A stretch of DNA of 62,976 nucleotides, counting the filler, from Octopus bimaculoides (lineage: Eukaryota): NCBI RefSeq assembly GCF_001194135.2. It is 5 parts of 5 records of this genome, joined end to end, with 100 filler letters (N's around TTAATTAATTAA, not from the genome) between each part and the next. Parts side by side here need not be neighbours in the genome. Positions count along the whole stretch, not along the records: positions 32,945 to 41,759 come from NC_068993.1; positions 41,860 to 62,976 come from NC_068981.1; 3 more parts are not named here. One strand, 5' to 3'. The notes below the pieces were generated by a model. The model was not told the DNA's origin and did not search any database. It was given only the letters and a program-made list of their open reading frames with translations. The position numbers were made by a program, and so were the translations under genes. Position 1 is the stretch's first letter; every line of letters starts with the position of its first letter. Below, one piece after another: positions 38,209 through 52,189 of this stretch.

Positions 38209-39618
38209 TAATAATAATAATTCAGCGAACTCTCTCCCTCTCCCATTCCCCCTGTCCATATGTACATGTGTCAGATTTCATTTTATATATTTACGTATGC
38301 GTTCCTGTCCGCATGTTTAGTATGTATGAATGTATGTATCTACACACACAAGCACACACACACACACAGAGATATGTATATATTTGTATATATTGGGTAC
38401 ATAATTGTATGCACACGCCTGCAACTGTGTATGTATATGCGAGCTTGTGTATATATGTACATATAGTATATATGTACGTATGTATGTGTGTATGTGTGCG
38501 TGTTTGTGTATATATATATGGATGACTGTGTGTGTGTATGTGTACAAGCGTTGGTACGTATATAGATGTATAAGTGAACCACCACGTATATGAGTGTATA
38601 GTTTGATTAGTAAAGGTCAGCTAAGGACAATCGCATGTGTAACCAACCATTAAGAACAAACCAACAGTACAGAGAAATCAAATTCTAATCCATTTAAAAC
38701 GACAATCATTTTAACAATAGCAGAATCACCATCTCATTACATCTACACATACAAAACAGTTTGCCAACGGTCCTTCTGCAATGACAGGCTGCAATAAACT
38801 CAGCGACTACTACCGAATTCAGGCCACGATAGACAGAGAGGATTTCTTGAAGCAGAGAATGTGAACTTGCGGAAACAATATTTACATATTGCCTGAGGAA
38901 ACACAACTAGATCTCATAATGCAAGGAAACAGTTGCATAATCAAGTACCTGCTCGCCTGGAGAACTATGTTGCGTGGAAACAATCGTAATGATTAAAAAA
39001 TAAATGTCCACCCGTACTCTTTGTAGACTCCAATTTTTTTCAATTATCTATTCACACACGACAGATGCCCAAACGCAAACCTGGAAGTACGTATAATATT
39101 ACTACTGGATAGCACAGGGTGAAATCCGAAGGTGGACGAGCTTTATATGAGCTTTATATTGTACTCTAGTACGTTCTTAACAGAATATACCATAACTATT
39201 TATATATACACATAATTAGGCATGCATATGTCTCCCCTTGTATATAAGTATGTATGTATGTTTGTACATAATTATGCTGAATGTGTAACAATCAGTTATT
39301 GTCGTAAAAGAATAAAACCCAGTAACAGCATTCACATATGATTATTGTTTATATTTCCTTCCTTTGCATCATATTAACTACCTTCAATTAAGTACACATG
39401 TCTTACAGCTTTATTAATCATGGACGGAAGCACGGCAAGCTATACAACGAGCAACTTCGTTGAAAATTTTCAGTCTCATATTTCGGTTTGCAAGAATGAA
39501 ATAATAAATATTTTTAAGTGAAAGTATTTGGCGTTAAATAGTTATCTAATTATATTCTTTTTGAAACGCCAAGCAGTTTATTGCTATGGTTCACATTAAT
39601 TGACATTCGTGCATACCA

Positions 39619-39621
<3 letters not shown>

Positions 39622-39707
<86 letters not shown>
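39622..39707. repeat. (AAT)n microsatellite
   Basis: Perfect trinucleotide run. Dozens of other (CA)n, (TA)n, (CT)n, (TATG)n, (GATA)n and (CAT)n tracts occur across the window and border most N gaps. Confidence 0.95.
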
Positions 39708-40337
39708 CCTTTCTGCAATAGGCACAAATTCTGAAACTTTGAGGAATTAGGATAGTCGATTTCATCGACCCCAATGTTTAACTGGTACTTATTTCATCTA
39801 CCCAGAAAGGATGAATGGCAGAGTCGACCTCGGCAGAATTTGAACTCAGACCGTAAAGACGGACGAAATGCTGCTAAGCATTTTGCCCTTTGTGTTAATG
39901 ATTCTGACACTCGTCGCCTTATGATTGACACTAACTGAAGGATTATGTTAATGTTACTATATTCAATGTAGTGAGCATCAAAGATGTAATTCAAATGTGA
40001 TACGGGGAGAGCAAAACTTTAGCTCAATGCCTGGGGATCCCCACCAGAACGTGGTCTATTTATTACAACAACAATAACCACAGAAACAGTACAATATCGG
40101 TCAAAATAGGGTGTATTTCAATGTCCTACACGAAAACAGTGAACACTACAATAATGACGGGTTTATCACGAGCCAGCGTAGCAGAGATTATCTCAAGAAG
40201 CATACGAATGAAAGCCCTTAACAATGATCTTCAAAACAATAAACGTATCGCCAATAGCCGGTATTTCACTGGTACTTATTTCATCGACTTCAAACGGACG
40301 GAAAACAAACTCGACTGCAGAACGAAGCGATTGATGA

Positions 40338-40382
<45 letters not shown>

Positions 40383-40629
40383 TGTAATAATAATAATAAT
40401 TCTTTCTACTGGAGACATAAAGCCTCAGATTTCTGGTGAGGGGACTAGTGTTTCACTGATACTTAATTTATCGACCCCAGTGTTCTTAATTTATCAACAC
40501 CGATAGGATGAAAGGCAAAGTCGGTTTCAGCAGAATTTGAGCTCAGAATGTAGCGACGAGCGAAATACCACTAAGCATTTAGCCCGGCATGCTAACTATT
40601 CTGACAGCTCACCTCCTAAATATTATTAT

Positions 40630-40666
<37 letters not shown>

Positions 40667-41604
40667 GATGATGATGATGATGATGATAATGGTGATGATG
40701 ATGATGAGGAGGAGGAGGAGAAGGAGGAGGAGGAGAAGGAGGAGGAGGAGGGGAAGGAGGAAGAGGTGGAAGATGTTGATTTCATTACTGACCGCACAAA
40801 GTTTGCATCAAGAAAAACATTATGGACGGCACATGACAATACATTGAATGTTTGTGTTTATGTGTTAACTGGATTAACGCTACTGTCTCATACTTCACCA
40901 CTAACAGTTGCAACAACGACAACGGCTATAACAACAATATCGAAAAGAGAGCACAATGTGACTAATAACAGTAAATAACCGAAGGAAAAAATGAAAGAAG
41001 AAAAGCTCTTCTGCAGCAACAACAAGAACAACAACATAATTATATCAAACAGAAAATATATCCACTTGGGATATTTTTAGTTCTTGTGAAGACAAGTCTG
41101 CTTATTTTAGCGAAACGAGTTATAAAAAGACTTCAAAGAGGACTAATAAGGATCAGAAAAAAAAAAAAAGGAATAAAAGACGGTTTATTTACAGATAACC
41201 AGAGGACACCTACGAAGATGTTTGCTTTCAATCAATTCCGATTAATAATTTCAAAGATAATCGTCATTATTTATAATTTAGCAGCATTAACCTTCTTGTT
41301 ATACGAACAATGCTAAAGAAATTATAAAATGCTTTGGTTTCTCTATTTTTTTGGTTTTCTTTTTATTTTACTTTCTATTCTTCCTAACATTTTTTTTGAA
41401 AAATTCTATCCATCTGTTATTTTGTTGTTGCAGATATTGTTGATGTAGTTGCTTTCCGCAATAGTAAATATGACTTCAAATACATGTGGTTTCCTCTGGA
41501 GATGGCAGTCAATACAAGGGAGATAGACGCTCCCTCACAACATGAGGCGGGATTAGAAATTTGAAATTACAGACTTAAAGAAGAAATATATGCCTAGAAT
41601 TCCC

Positions 41605-42050
41605 ATAAAAACCACATGGTTCCGGGTTCAGTCCCACTGTGTGGCAACATGGGCAAGTGAGTTTTACTATAGCCTAGGAGTGACCGAAGCTTTGAGTGGA
41701 TTTGGTAGCCAGAAACTGAAAGAAGCCCGTTATATATATATATATATATATATATATATNNNNNNNNNNNNNNNNNNNNNNNNNNNNNNNNNNNNNNNNN
41801 NNNTTAATTAATTAANNNNNNNNNNNNNNNNNNNNNNNNNNNNNNNNNNNNNNNNNNNNCCATCGCTTGACAACTTATGTTTAATGTATTTACGTCCCCA
41901 TGACTTTAGGGGCTTGGCAAAAGATACAATAAGTACTAGAATTACAAAGAATAAGTCCTGGGGTCGATTACTTCGACTAAAACCCTTTAAGGCGGTGCTC
42001 CAGCATGGCCGCAGTCAAATGACTGAAGCAAGTAAAAGAATAAAAGAATA
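41605..42050 (+). mobile_element. SINE family A copy spanning a linker gap
   Basis: Head at 41605-41735 and tail at 41860-42050 in the same orientation, with the artificial gap in place of the central microsatellite. Confidence 0.75.
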
Positions 42051-42074
42051 TACACATATATATATATATATATA

Positions 42075-42884
42075 CACACGTGGTCTGATCAATAAGTATC
42101 CGGACTGTTGCCGTTGTAACGAAGCTAAAGCACGCAGAGTAAAGCCGCTTGGCACATATTGACCTTGAGCACTGCTGTGTATGTGCAATAAATTTTAATG
42201 CTCTACCTCGCTTTCACTGTTTACAGCAGTGCTTGGATGCTTGGAAGTAACGTGTGTAACGTGTGTTCGTCGCATTGACCATGACTGAGAAAGTTAAGCA
42301 GATAATCTCCATCAAATTTTGCCTAAAGCTTGGCGGTACCTACTCAAAGGCGTACGCAATGTTTTAAACAAGTTTTCATCGTTCTAGACACAATGAAGAT
42401 TTTGTGCAACAGAAACCCGAGTGTCTTTTTGGTCAGCTGAAAACAGTTTTAGCACAATTTTGGAAGATCGTGTCACACACAAGTCTTCAATGATAATGGA
42501 CTGAACTGAACCATAACTAATCTATACATCCTCTGATAAGTCACGGACGGAGATTCGACGAATTCCCCTCAGCTGTACGAATATCTGCGATGTTTTTCTC
42601 AGTTCTGCTGGTTGCAGGTCTCCCATAACATTCATCACTATCTACATATTTTCGGTCATCTTGTAAACGTCTGAATCACTCGTTCACATGTGTGTGGCTC
42701 ATACGCTCCTCTCCATACATTTTCTGCAACTTTGCATAGGCTTCTGAGCAGGTATCGCCATGACAACAAATCACACACGTTACAAACGTTATTTCCAAGC
42801 ACTGCTGTAAAGAGCGGAAGTGACCTAGAACATGAAGACTCAGTGCACATGCACAGCAGACGTCATGGTCAATCTGTGCCCAGC
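42075..42884. mobile_element. Two mariner 5' halves joined in inverted orientation
   Basis: Left (+) 42075-42365: TIR-like CACGTGGTCTGATCAATAAGTATCCGGACT and MTEKVKQIISIKFCLKLG. Right (-) 42884-42360: shared leader (GGCACA.ATTGACC.TGA...TTTACAGCAGTGCTTGGA) and CSEAYAKLQKMYGEE...GRPATSRTEKNI. Confidence 0.8.
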
Positions 42885-43397
42885 NNNNNNNNNNNNNNNN
42901 NNNNNNNNNNNNNNNNNNNNNNNNNNNNNNNNNNNNNNNNNNNNNNNNNNNNNNNNNNNNNNNNNNNNNNNNNNNNNNNNNNNNGTGTGTGTATATATAC
43001 ATATATATACATACACACGTGTGTATGTGCGTGTGTAAAATTGTTTACTTCTTTGTAATAAGACCACTAGGCCATACTGGGGCTCTGCCATGAAGGATTT
43101 TAGTTTTGCGAATAGAACCTAGTATTTCTTGAGTTTTCTTTTTAAAGTGTGGTGCCTATTCAATGGGTTTCTTTCGCTGACTGCTTGTTTACAAGGACGT
43201 AAACAAACCAACACTGGTTTTCAAATGGTGTTTACAAACACAGAGACAAACATGTACACACATACTCACACACACACACACATACATGTATCAGGCAGAC
43301 TATCACACAGTCTATTAAATTCACTCACAAGGTATTATATTATATTATATTATATTATATTATATCATATTATACTATATTATATTATATTATAATA

Positions 43398-44345
43398 TCA
43401 GGCTGAGTAAAAAGTAAGCAACGTTTTGAAAGATAAAATTAATCACAATATAGTTCAACAATGCAGAATTTTTATTTATTAAAGTAATTACCATTACAAT
43501 TAACACGTTTTTGCCAACTAGTTACAAGTTTGTATATTCCGGTAACATAAAAATCTGGAGATCTGGGCCTGATGAACTCTTTGAACACACTTTCAGCATC
43601 GGTTTGATTTTTGAACTCCTTCTCTCGCGGGAAATCATCAAGGTGCTTGAAAAAGTGATAGTCGGTAGGAGAAAGGTCTGGGGAAATAAGCTAGGTGGGG
43701 AAGAACTTCGTAACCAAGTTCCTTTAACTTCTGGAGTCATCATTAGTGAAACGTTTGGCCGAGCATTGTCATGAAGAATGATTGGTCCTCTTCTGTTGAC
43801 CAGTCTGGGGCGGAGGAGTAACAGTTTCTAGCTCATTTTCGCAATTTTATGGCAATATGTTTCTGCAGTAATAGTTTTTCCTTGTTTAAAAAGTTATAGA
43901 GGATGAGTCCAGCAGTACACCACCAAACACTTACCATAACCTTCTGTTTGAAGAGCTCGGGTTTAGGGAAGGTTTTCGGTGCTTCATTTTGGTCCAACCT
44001 CTGCGAAAAATGTTTTTCATTATTGTACAGAATCCACTTTTCATCGCAAGTTACAATACTGTCGAGAAATGAATCGGTCTGGTTAGAGAGAAGAAGCGAT
44101 GATCAAATTTCATATCTGCGCATTTTCTGACTTTCATTTAAATCGTGTCGTACCCATTTGTCGAGCTTTTTTCATTTTCTGATCGCATGCAAATGGTTAC
44201 AGGTAGTTTTCTGACTAACTTGAAGTTCTTTTGTTAGTTTTCGAGTAGTTTTACGTTGATCTTTCACAATGATGGTCTTTAATTGACCGTCATCGATGAT
44301 AGATAGGCGTCTACTATGCTCACGATTTTCAAGGCTCAGCAAACT
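43398..44345 (-). mobile_element. mariner transposon 3' portion, degenerate, next to (ATATT)n
   Basis: Stitched frames: IDDGQLKTIIVKDQRKTTRKL...LHDNARP...YFPDLSPTDYHFFKHL...SPDFYVTGIYKLVTSWQKRVNCNGNYFN*. Terminus TA|TCAGGCTGAGTAAAAAGTAAGCAAC. Confidence 0.85.
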
Positions 44346-45371
44346 ACTTACCACACAACCACTCCTGCGCCTATGAGTTTTGTAGTTTGTTTACTAAGAG
44401 CTCAAAACTTCGCTGTTCTTCGGGGATGCAAGAAAGCTACTATCTCTTCTGCATAGCTCACCCGTTTTTGTTGGCCTGTATGAAAGCGCGTGGCTTAGTG
44501 GGTAGCCGTATTCGGATCGTGATCGTACAGTCGTGAGTTCGATACCTACCCGGCTGCGTGATGCGTCCTCGAGCAAAATACTCTATTTCACGTTGCTCCA
44601 GAACACTACGATGGCAAAAATGATTAGTACTTGTATTTCAAAGGTCCAGCCTTGTCACATTCTGTTTCACATTGAATCTCCCCGAGAACTGCGTTAAGAG
44701 TACGCAAATGGAGTTCTCAGTCGCTTGCACGTTAGTTTCATGAACAAGCTGTTCGGTTGCTCGGATCAACTGGAACTCTCGTCGTCGTAACCGACGGAGT
44801 GCCATTTAGTTGGCCTGTAGTAATTCTTTCTTTAACGACTTGTCTCAATTGAATAAAGTGGCCATCAACAGTTTCTCGTCAGAAAGACGTTGGCATCAGA
44901 AAGTTTGCTGTATCGAAAGTTGCCAAAGAATAAGTCACCCCTGGACAACGGCCAAAATGCTAATCAGCGATACTTTAGGAATTTATATCACTGTACTGTT
45001 GCCATGCTCAGTATACTTTCCAAACTCTTCCGTTGTTGGCTGCCAGTAAACATTTTAGCTAAATGACCAAATTCATCTGTAATCTGCATTAGTGCTGTCT
45101 GTCTGCTTTACAATGGTTGTTACTAAATATCTTTCACCCCTCTGACACACAATCACTAAATGCGCGCGCGTGTGTGCGTGCGCGCGTGCGTGCGTGAGTA
45201 CTGTGGCGTTCTCATGTTTATTGTAAACAGGGGCTAGTTTCACGAATCACTGTTTCATTCAATTTGCCTTTTGTTGACAGTATGCATCAGTGACTTTGGA
45301 AGAATAAAAAATATGTATTCATGTTAATATCTGCATTGCATATATATGGGTAAATGTGCTTGAACTGAACG

Positions 45372-45484
<113 letters not shown>

Positions 45485-46447
45485 GTAGATAGATAGATAG
45501 ATAGATAGAAAGATAGATAGATAGATAGATAGATATAGGCGCACGAATGGCTGTGGGNNNNNNNNNNNNNNNNNNNNNNNNNNNNNNNNNNNNNNNNNNN
45601 NNNNNNNNNNNNNNNNNNNNNNNNNNNNNNNNNNNNNNNNNNNNNNNNNNNNNNNNNNNNNNNNNNNNNNNNNNNNNNNNNNNNNNNNNNNNNNNNNNNN
45701 NNNNNNNNNNNNNNNNNNNNNNNNNNNNNNNNNNNNNNNNNNNNNNNNNNNNNNNNNNNNNNNNNNNNNNNNNNNNNNNNNNNNNNNNNNNNNNNNNNNN
45801 NNNNNNNNNNNNNNNNNNNNNNNNNNNNNNNNNNNNNNNNNNNNNNNNNNNNNNNNNNNNNNNNNNNNNNNNNNNNNNNNNNNNNNNNNNNNNNNNNNNN
45901 NNNNNNNNNNNNNNNNNNNNNNNNNNNNNNNNNNNNNNNNNNNNNNNNNNNNNNNNNNNNNNNNNNNNNNNNNNNNNNNNNNNNNNNNNNNNNNNNNNNN
46001 NNNNNNNNNNNNNNNNNNNNNNNNNNNNNNNNNNNNNNNNNNNNNNNNNNNNNNNNNNNNNNNNNNNNNNNNNNNNNNNNNNNNNNNNNNNNNNNNNNNN
46101 NNNNNNNNNNNNNNNNNNNNNNNNNNNNNNNNNNNNNNNNNNNNNNNNNNNNNNNNNNNNNNNNNNNNNNNNNNNNNNNNNNNNNNNNNNNNNNNNNNNN
46201 NNNNNNNNNNNNNNNNNNNNNNNNNNNNNNNNNNNNNNNNNNNNNNNNNNNNNNNNNNNNNNNNNNNNNNNNNNNNNNNNNNNNNNNNNNNNNNNNNNNN
46301 NNNNNNNNTATATATATATAAACAGAAAATATTTTTAAAAAGGGGTTTACTATATATTCCATATTCTATATCCCACATTAATTTTATAAGAATATAAATG
46401 AAACATAAAAAACAGAGTTGGAATTCTTTTGAATAATAATAATAATA

Positions 46448-46484
<37 letters not shown>

Positions 46485-47205
46485 CTCGAAGAGAAGTATT
46501 CCATACATAATGTAGACATCGAGTATTTTATTAGCGACTGAAGCTTCTTGAATCATAACGTCTAATTTCACGTTTCCTATTGTTCATGTGACTGTTGAAA
46601 GTAGCAGTAGGACAATATGTAAGAAAATATGCTTGAAAATAATTTTGAGATATGAATCGCTAACAGGACATTGACATTTGATTAGTTACCAAGAAAAACC
46701 TTTTTAAAATGCAGCACATTGTCCACATTTAAAATTCGTGATATTTTCCTTTATTTAGTACCACGTGCGAAAGTGCGATGTTTGCGCACTTTTAATATCA
46801 AGTGCTCATGGAAAGTACTTTTGTTAGTGAAGTGTTAATGCTGAAAAATATGTAATTCTTTTTAAATATTGGCCAACTTTCAGTATACGAAAAATCAGTT
46901 TTGTAAGAAATAACCTAACTGGAAATTTTTCAGTAAATATCTGTTAGATCGAAGTGTCTAAAGAACTAATTTCTTTAACTATCAACAGTAACTTCTCTCA
47001 CGCTCAAGAACACTCTAAGCATGTTAAAACATAGATAAACTTTGTATCACACGATGGCATTCTCATACAACATGCACGACAGACAATTGAGGAATATAGA
47101 AACGACATAACAAGAAAATTCGGGTGATTTGATTTAAGCTTCACCATTAGCAACAACCTAACTGTCTAGACGTTGCACTTGATTTAATTACAAGCAAACA
47201 TAACT

Positions 47206-47615
47206 CTTAATGTGTTGTGTCGACCCCCCCCCCCTCAGGCGAAGAAGTAGGATCTCCCAAGACATATAAATAGAAGTAGCCTGGCCGTGGTAGCGGGTTG
47301 AGTAGCAGTCGAGTAGCAGTCGAGTAGCAGTTGTGTAGCGGTTGAGTAGAGACCATCCGAAGGTGCTAGATAGCAGTAGCGTTGAGACATAACAGTTATT
47401 CAGCCCAGTTGAGAAGTCGGCACATACTCTTACCTCGTTGTCACTCTTACCTCATTGTCACTACTGCTATCTAGCACCTTCGGATGGTCTCTACTCAACC
47501 GCTACACAACTGCTACTCGACTGCTACTCAACCCTCTACCACGGCCAGACTACCTCTATTTATATGTCTTGGGAGAGCCTACTTCTTCGCCTGGGGGCGT
47601 CAACACAACATAAAG
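47206..47615. mobile_element. About 410-nt foldback element (arms about 155-175 bp, 81-nt spacer)
   Basis: CAGGCGAAGAAGTAGG..CTCCCAAGACATATAAATAGA...GTTGAGTAGAGACCATCCGAAGGTGCTAGATAGCAGTAG is mirrored at 47461-47615. Confidence 0.9.
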
Positions 47616-48220
47616 AAAGCTAAATCGGAAACTATATGCATACTCTCCAACTATGATCAAGAATTTTATAGAGGACATAAATCGAAAAGTTTCCTTGTTA
47701 TTCTCGAAGATATTTCCAATAAAGCCACTCCTATTGGAATAATTATATCCATTACATCCGTGATCATACCATCATTTTTTCCCGACTACATTGTATCTAG
47801 GGACGATGTGATTTGAAGGATAATTGACAGCTATTTTTAGTACATCAGACGACCATGAGGGCTTTAATAATTAGTATGTCATGAGCTAGTATCAATTCTG
47901 TCGACTTTTAGCCCCTTTTTTTTTCTTGTTAGAAATTACTGTATATTGAGCCGGAATGAGAAATCGATATTTGTAGATATATCGCAAGAATAACTGGTGG
48001 TTGACGAGGATGGTGAATATGACGATGTGGCGGGGACTAAAAAGAAGGTGAAGGGAGGAGGAGGAGGAGGAGGAGGAGGAGAACGAATATGAGAGAGAAG
48101 AGGTGAGATGATGACAAGGAGGCGATGGGGATGGTGATGATGACGATGACGCCGATGACGACGACTGACGAAGGCGATGACGATGACGATGACGACGACG
48201 AAGATCATGATCATGATCTA

Positions 48221-48280
<60 letters not shown>

Positions 48281-50199
48281 GTCGGTGGCGACGATGATGC
48301 CAATAACTACGGCAACAAGGGCAACGTCATCGACGACGACGACGACGACGACAACAACAACAACGAGAGGCATATAAAATAAACATATAAAAAAACCAGT
48401 CATCCCTCAACAACAAAAATAAATAAATAAATAAATAAATAAGAAAAATAAGAAAAAAATATATATAAATTCAAAAAAGAAACGGTAAATAAATCATAAA
48501 ATATAGAAGAAGAAAAAAAACCACACACGCACACATACACATATATACACACATATACATACAAACGCACACACACACACATGCACATCTAAATAAACAT
48601 ATACACGCAAACGCTGAAGACTTATAATAAACAAGAATTGTAGCTGGAACGTCGTTGAGTGGCAGCTCTGTTTGCAGGTGAGACACGCAGATAAAGTGTG
48701 CATATCATCTCTATGTACCAAAACAGGCATTTCTCTCCTCTTCCATATATGCACATAATAAGAAGCAGATGTGCTGCAGATTTTATGCAAAAGTAATTCT
48801 AGTGTAAATCGGAGATGATCTTGTTTCTTGTTTTATTTTTGTCTATGTTGTGTAATATTTATGTTTTTATATTTTTTAACTGGTTTGTTTGTGTATTGGT
48901 TTCGTGTGTTTGTTTGTTTGCTTATGTATTTTTTTTTTGTTTGGTTCGTTTTTGCAGGAAGGTCTTTTTTTTTTGGCTTTTATTTGGAGTTTGTATTATT
49001 GTATCTATTCGTTTTCAGTGCATGCAATAGCGACTATTCTAAACTTAAGGCTTGCACATTGTCGACAAACAAACGGTGTGTGTGCAGTGTATGTTCCTTT
49101 ATGCGAGAGTGCGTGCATGTGTGTATGTATATGTGTGTTTTCTTTTTGCGCGTGTGTGTGTGTTGTGCGTTGTGTGTCTGTCTGAGATAGGGATTGCTTC
49201 GATGTATATATATATATAAGAGGTGCGTGAATGTGTGTATAATGTGCATAAAGTGTTTATATAGATATTCGCGAAGAAGTAAACACAATCGCTAGAGAAT
49301 ACATACATTCACGCAAATACACAGACGCACATTCACACAAATGCACATAAGACACACACACACATACACACACACATACACATACACACACATATATACA
49401 GAGAGAAAGAGAGAGACGTTTGTGTTTGNNNNNNNNNNTACGCGCATATTCAATTGATTTCATTTCAGTTTATTTTATAGAAGCAAATATATGAGGACAG
49501 ATTCCTATATATACAAAAGAGCACATACCAGAACATATGCATATTGCTATGAGCTGGAAACATCAAGAACGCCTCTAAGTGTTCGATCAACCTTATAGAA
49601 ATAGCAACCAAATCACCCTTGAACTGTCTTTATAAGTCATATTAATCACCTCTGAATTGACTTTATAAGTCATATTCAAAAAAGACACATTTAATAATGT
49701 TGTCTTATATACACATGTACAGAAATGCAAAATTCTCACGACTGAGGCTGCTAGTTTCTAAGGTATGCCTGATCAGAGAGCCTAGGCTAAGCTACTTTGA
49801 TTATAAATATGTATCTTTTAACATATCCTCCAGACTGGAATAAACAACGGCAACATCAACAACTTCCAAAACTAAACAACGGCGAGGACAACGACGACGA
49901 TGGAGAAGATGGTGATGACGATGACGATGGCGGCGATGATGATGATCAAGGGGATCATGATGATCATGATCTTCATGATATATTCTGTTATTGATTATAA
50001 TGTCGCAAGACATTGAAGACAGCGCAAAAACGAAATGCTCCCCATCCAAAAACTAAAAATATCGGCGATTTACAGCGTTTGAACATGCCATATCCACAAT
50101 AAAAATAAGAAAACATTAACTGAATAGCAAGAAACAAGACGAGCAATAAAGGACAGCATATTAACAAAAGAAAGGAACCTCAAAATCGGAGTGGGATCC

Positions 50200-51030
50200 A
50201 CGTAACGTGATTCGGGACTCCCCAAACAAAACTTCCAGACTACTCTGACAAACTAAAGTCAACCTACAGCTGCAGAGTTAGAGCGAGTTCATTTTGTTAT
50301 GTCAGTTTCTCCACCTTCATCCACCTTTCACAAAATTTAGTGGAAGGCAGCTTCTCTGTCTTCATCCCTACTTTCTTCCACAAGTGGAACATGAAGATGA
50401 TGATGAGGGCTTGGCTTGAAAGGAAATGTGCCGTCCTCAAGCAACTTTCGTCGTCATAGCCACCAGGCAAAGAAAGGCTACGCGATTTCCTTTGGAAAAC
50501 ACACGTCAAATGTCACAATAGGTTTGCCTAATAACCTGAGCTGTTTGACACGTACCAAGATCTTCGTCGGACATCATGACAGTAGCTTCGCAAACGTCTT
50601 CACACACTGTCTTCCTGAGTCTTAGTTTGAAGAAGATACTCCTTGAAGGACCGTGTGCTTGATACAAAACGGTTCCAGCTGGTTGTCATCAACTTTGGTT
50701 ACAGAACACATGCCCCTGTACATTGTAGCACTGAAGACATGTCTGTAACTAACGGCGCTAAGTATTCCCAGCTAATAGAGGTCGACCCTATCAAATGCTG
50801 TAAACTTGCCTAAATTGTTCAGAACCCCAACAAAGCCAGATCTAATTTGGACAAACTTTATGATGTGTCACATGAGGTGGGTGTTGTTGTGGATAGACTA
50901 GCTAGAGATTACACAGGTTTGAGTGTCTCCACATAGACCACCAATGACATCAACTGCCACTTAGCGTTCACTATTGCTAAAAACTTTGTTTCTTTCTGCG
51001 TTTAGCATTTCTGATTCTAAAATTACCTGT
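50200..51030 (-). mobile_element. Tx1/L1-clade LINE reverse-transcriptase remnant
   Basis: Stitched minus frames: GNFR..LNAE..K..A...TQTC...SIHNNTHLM.HII...LNNL..AFDRVD...MYRGMCSVTKVDDNQLEPFCIKHTVLQG, the order of RT subdomains 1-4. Confidence 0.75.
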
Positions 51031-52154
51031 TATGACCCCGTGATTGTCTCCCCTCACTATTTATTGACCACTGTTGATTTGTGTACGTCTCGAGGATTTA
51101 GCGGTTTGGCAAATTAATGAGAATCAGGCTAAAAAGAAAATACTGGGCTTGATATGGTCAACCTGAGCTTTCAAGATGTTATCCCAGCATGGCTGCAGTC
51201 CAATGACTAAAACTAGTTGAAGATAGATAAAAGATAAAAGAACTCTTCATTTACTGGTATCCTCTCATTGCTAATTCTTTCTTTGCAATAACCCATTCAT
51301 TGATGCTGGTACACCAATTAAAATGAGGCTTTATTGTATCCAGAAAATGGTTACTTTATAGTTCTTGAATTTCGTGCAGTGGGTGGGGGTTGTTTCTGAG
51401 AGAATAGATTTTACTTTTCATTAAAATTCCATTAAAAATAACTTCCTGGTTTATACCAGAGTCATTAGCCTGTTTTCTAATGGAATAAAACAAGGCTTAT
51501 ACTAAACTCCTGTTGAACTGCAGCTAGGATAATTTTAGCATTCAATATAGAACTCAGCATATATCCATATGTATGTTTCGATATCGATTTCTAGATGAAG
51601 TGATATAGATAAGACATATAGGACGAGATAAATGAAATTAACGCTATAACGTCGGTCGTGACAGAACTACCGATCAGAAGGCTGCTAGTGTAACTGACTG
51701 AAATATCTCTTCACCGTTTAGGCCAGCAAAAGATTTATATTCTGAACATAACCAGAACATATTTCTGATGACGAGATAAAATCCGTTGACATTTCAATCA
51801 GTAGATGAGCACCGTGCCTCTACAACCATCTTCATTGCACTTTGCCGATACGTTAGTTTAGATATTAGGAATGTAAGAAAAATAAAATATCTCTATGGAT
51901 ACAACATTTTCCGGAAATTTTCGTTACAAAACCATTCCAGATTACTGATTTTTGCGAACCCGGGGTAGTCACACTCTAAATTCAACAAATATTATTTAAG
52001 GATGTATGGGTGCAAGCGTGGCTGTGTGGTAAGAAGTTTGCTTCCCAATTGCATGGTTCAGACACCTTGGTCAAGTGTCTTCTACAATAGCCTTGGGCTG
52101 ACCAAAGCGTTGTGAGTGGGTTTGGTAGATGGAAATTGAAAGAAGCCCGTCGTA

Positions 52155-52189
<35 letters not shown>

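Noticed and set aside
47985-48365. Asp/Glu/His-rich trinucleotide tracts that look like acidic or poly-His proteins (also 40625-40770, 49865-49980, 60225-60480)
   Set aside because: Compound GAT/GAC/GAG/CAT microsatellites with stops and no coding context.
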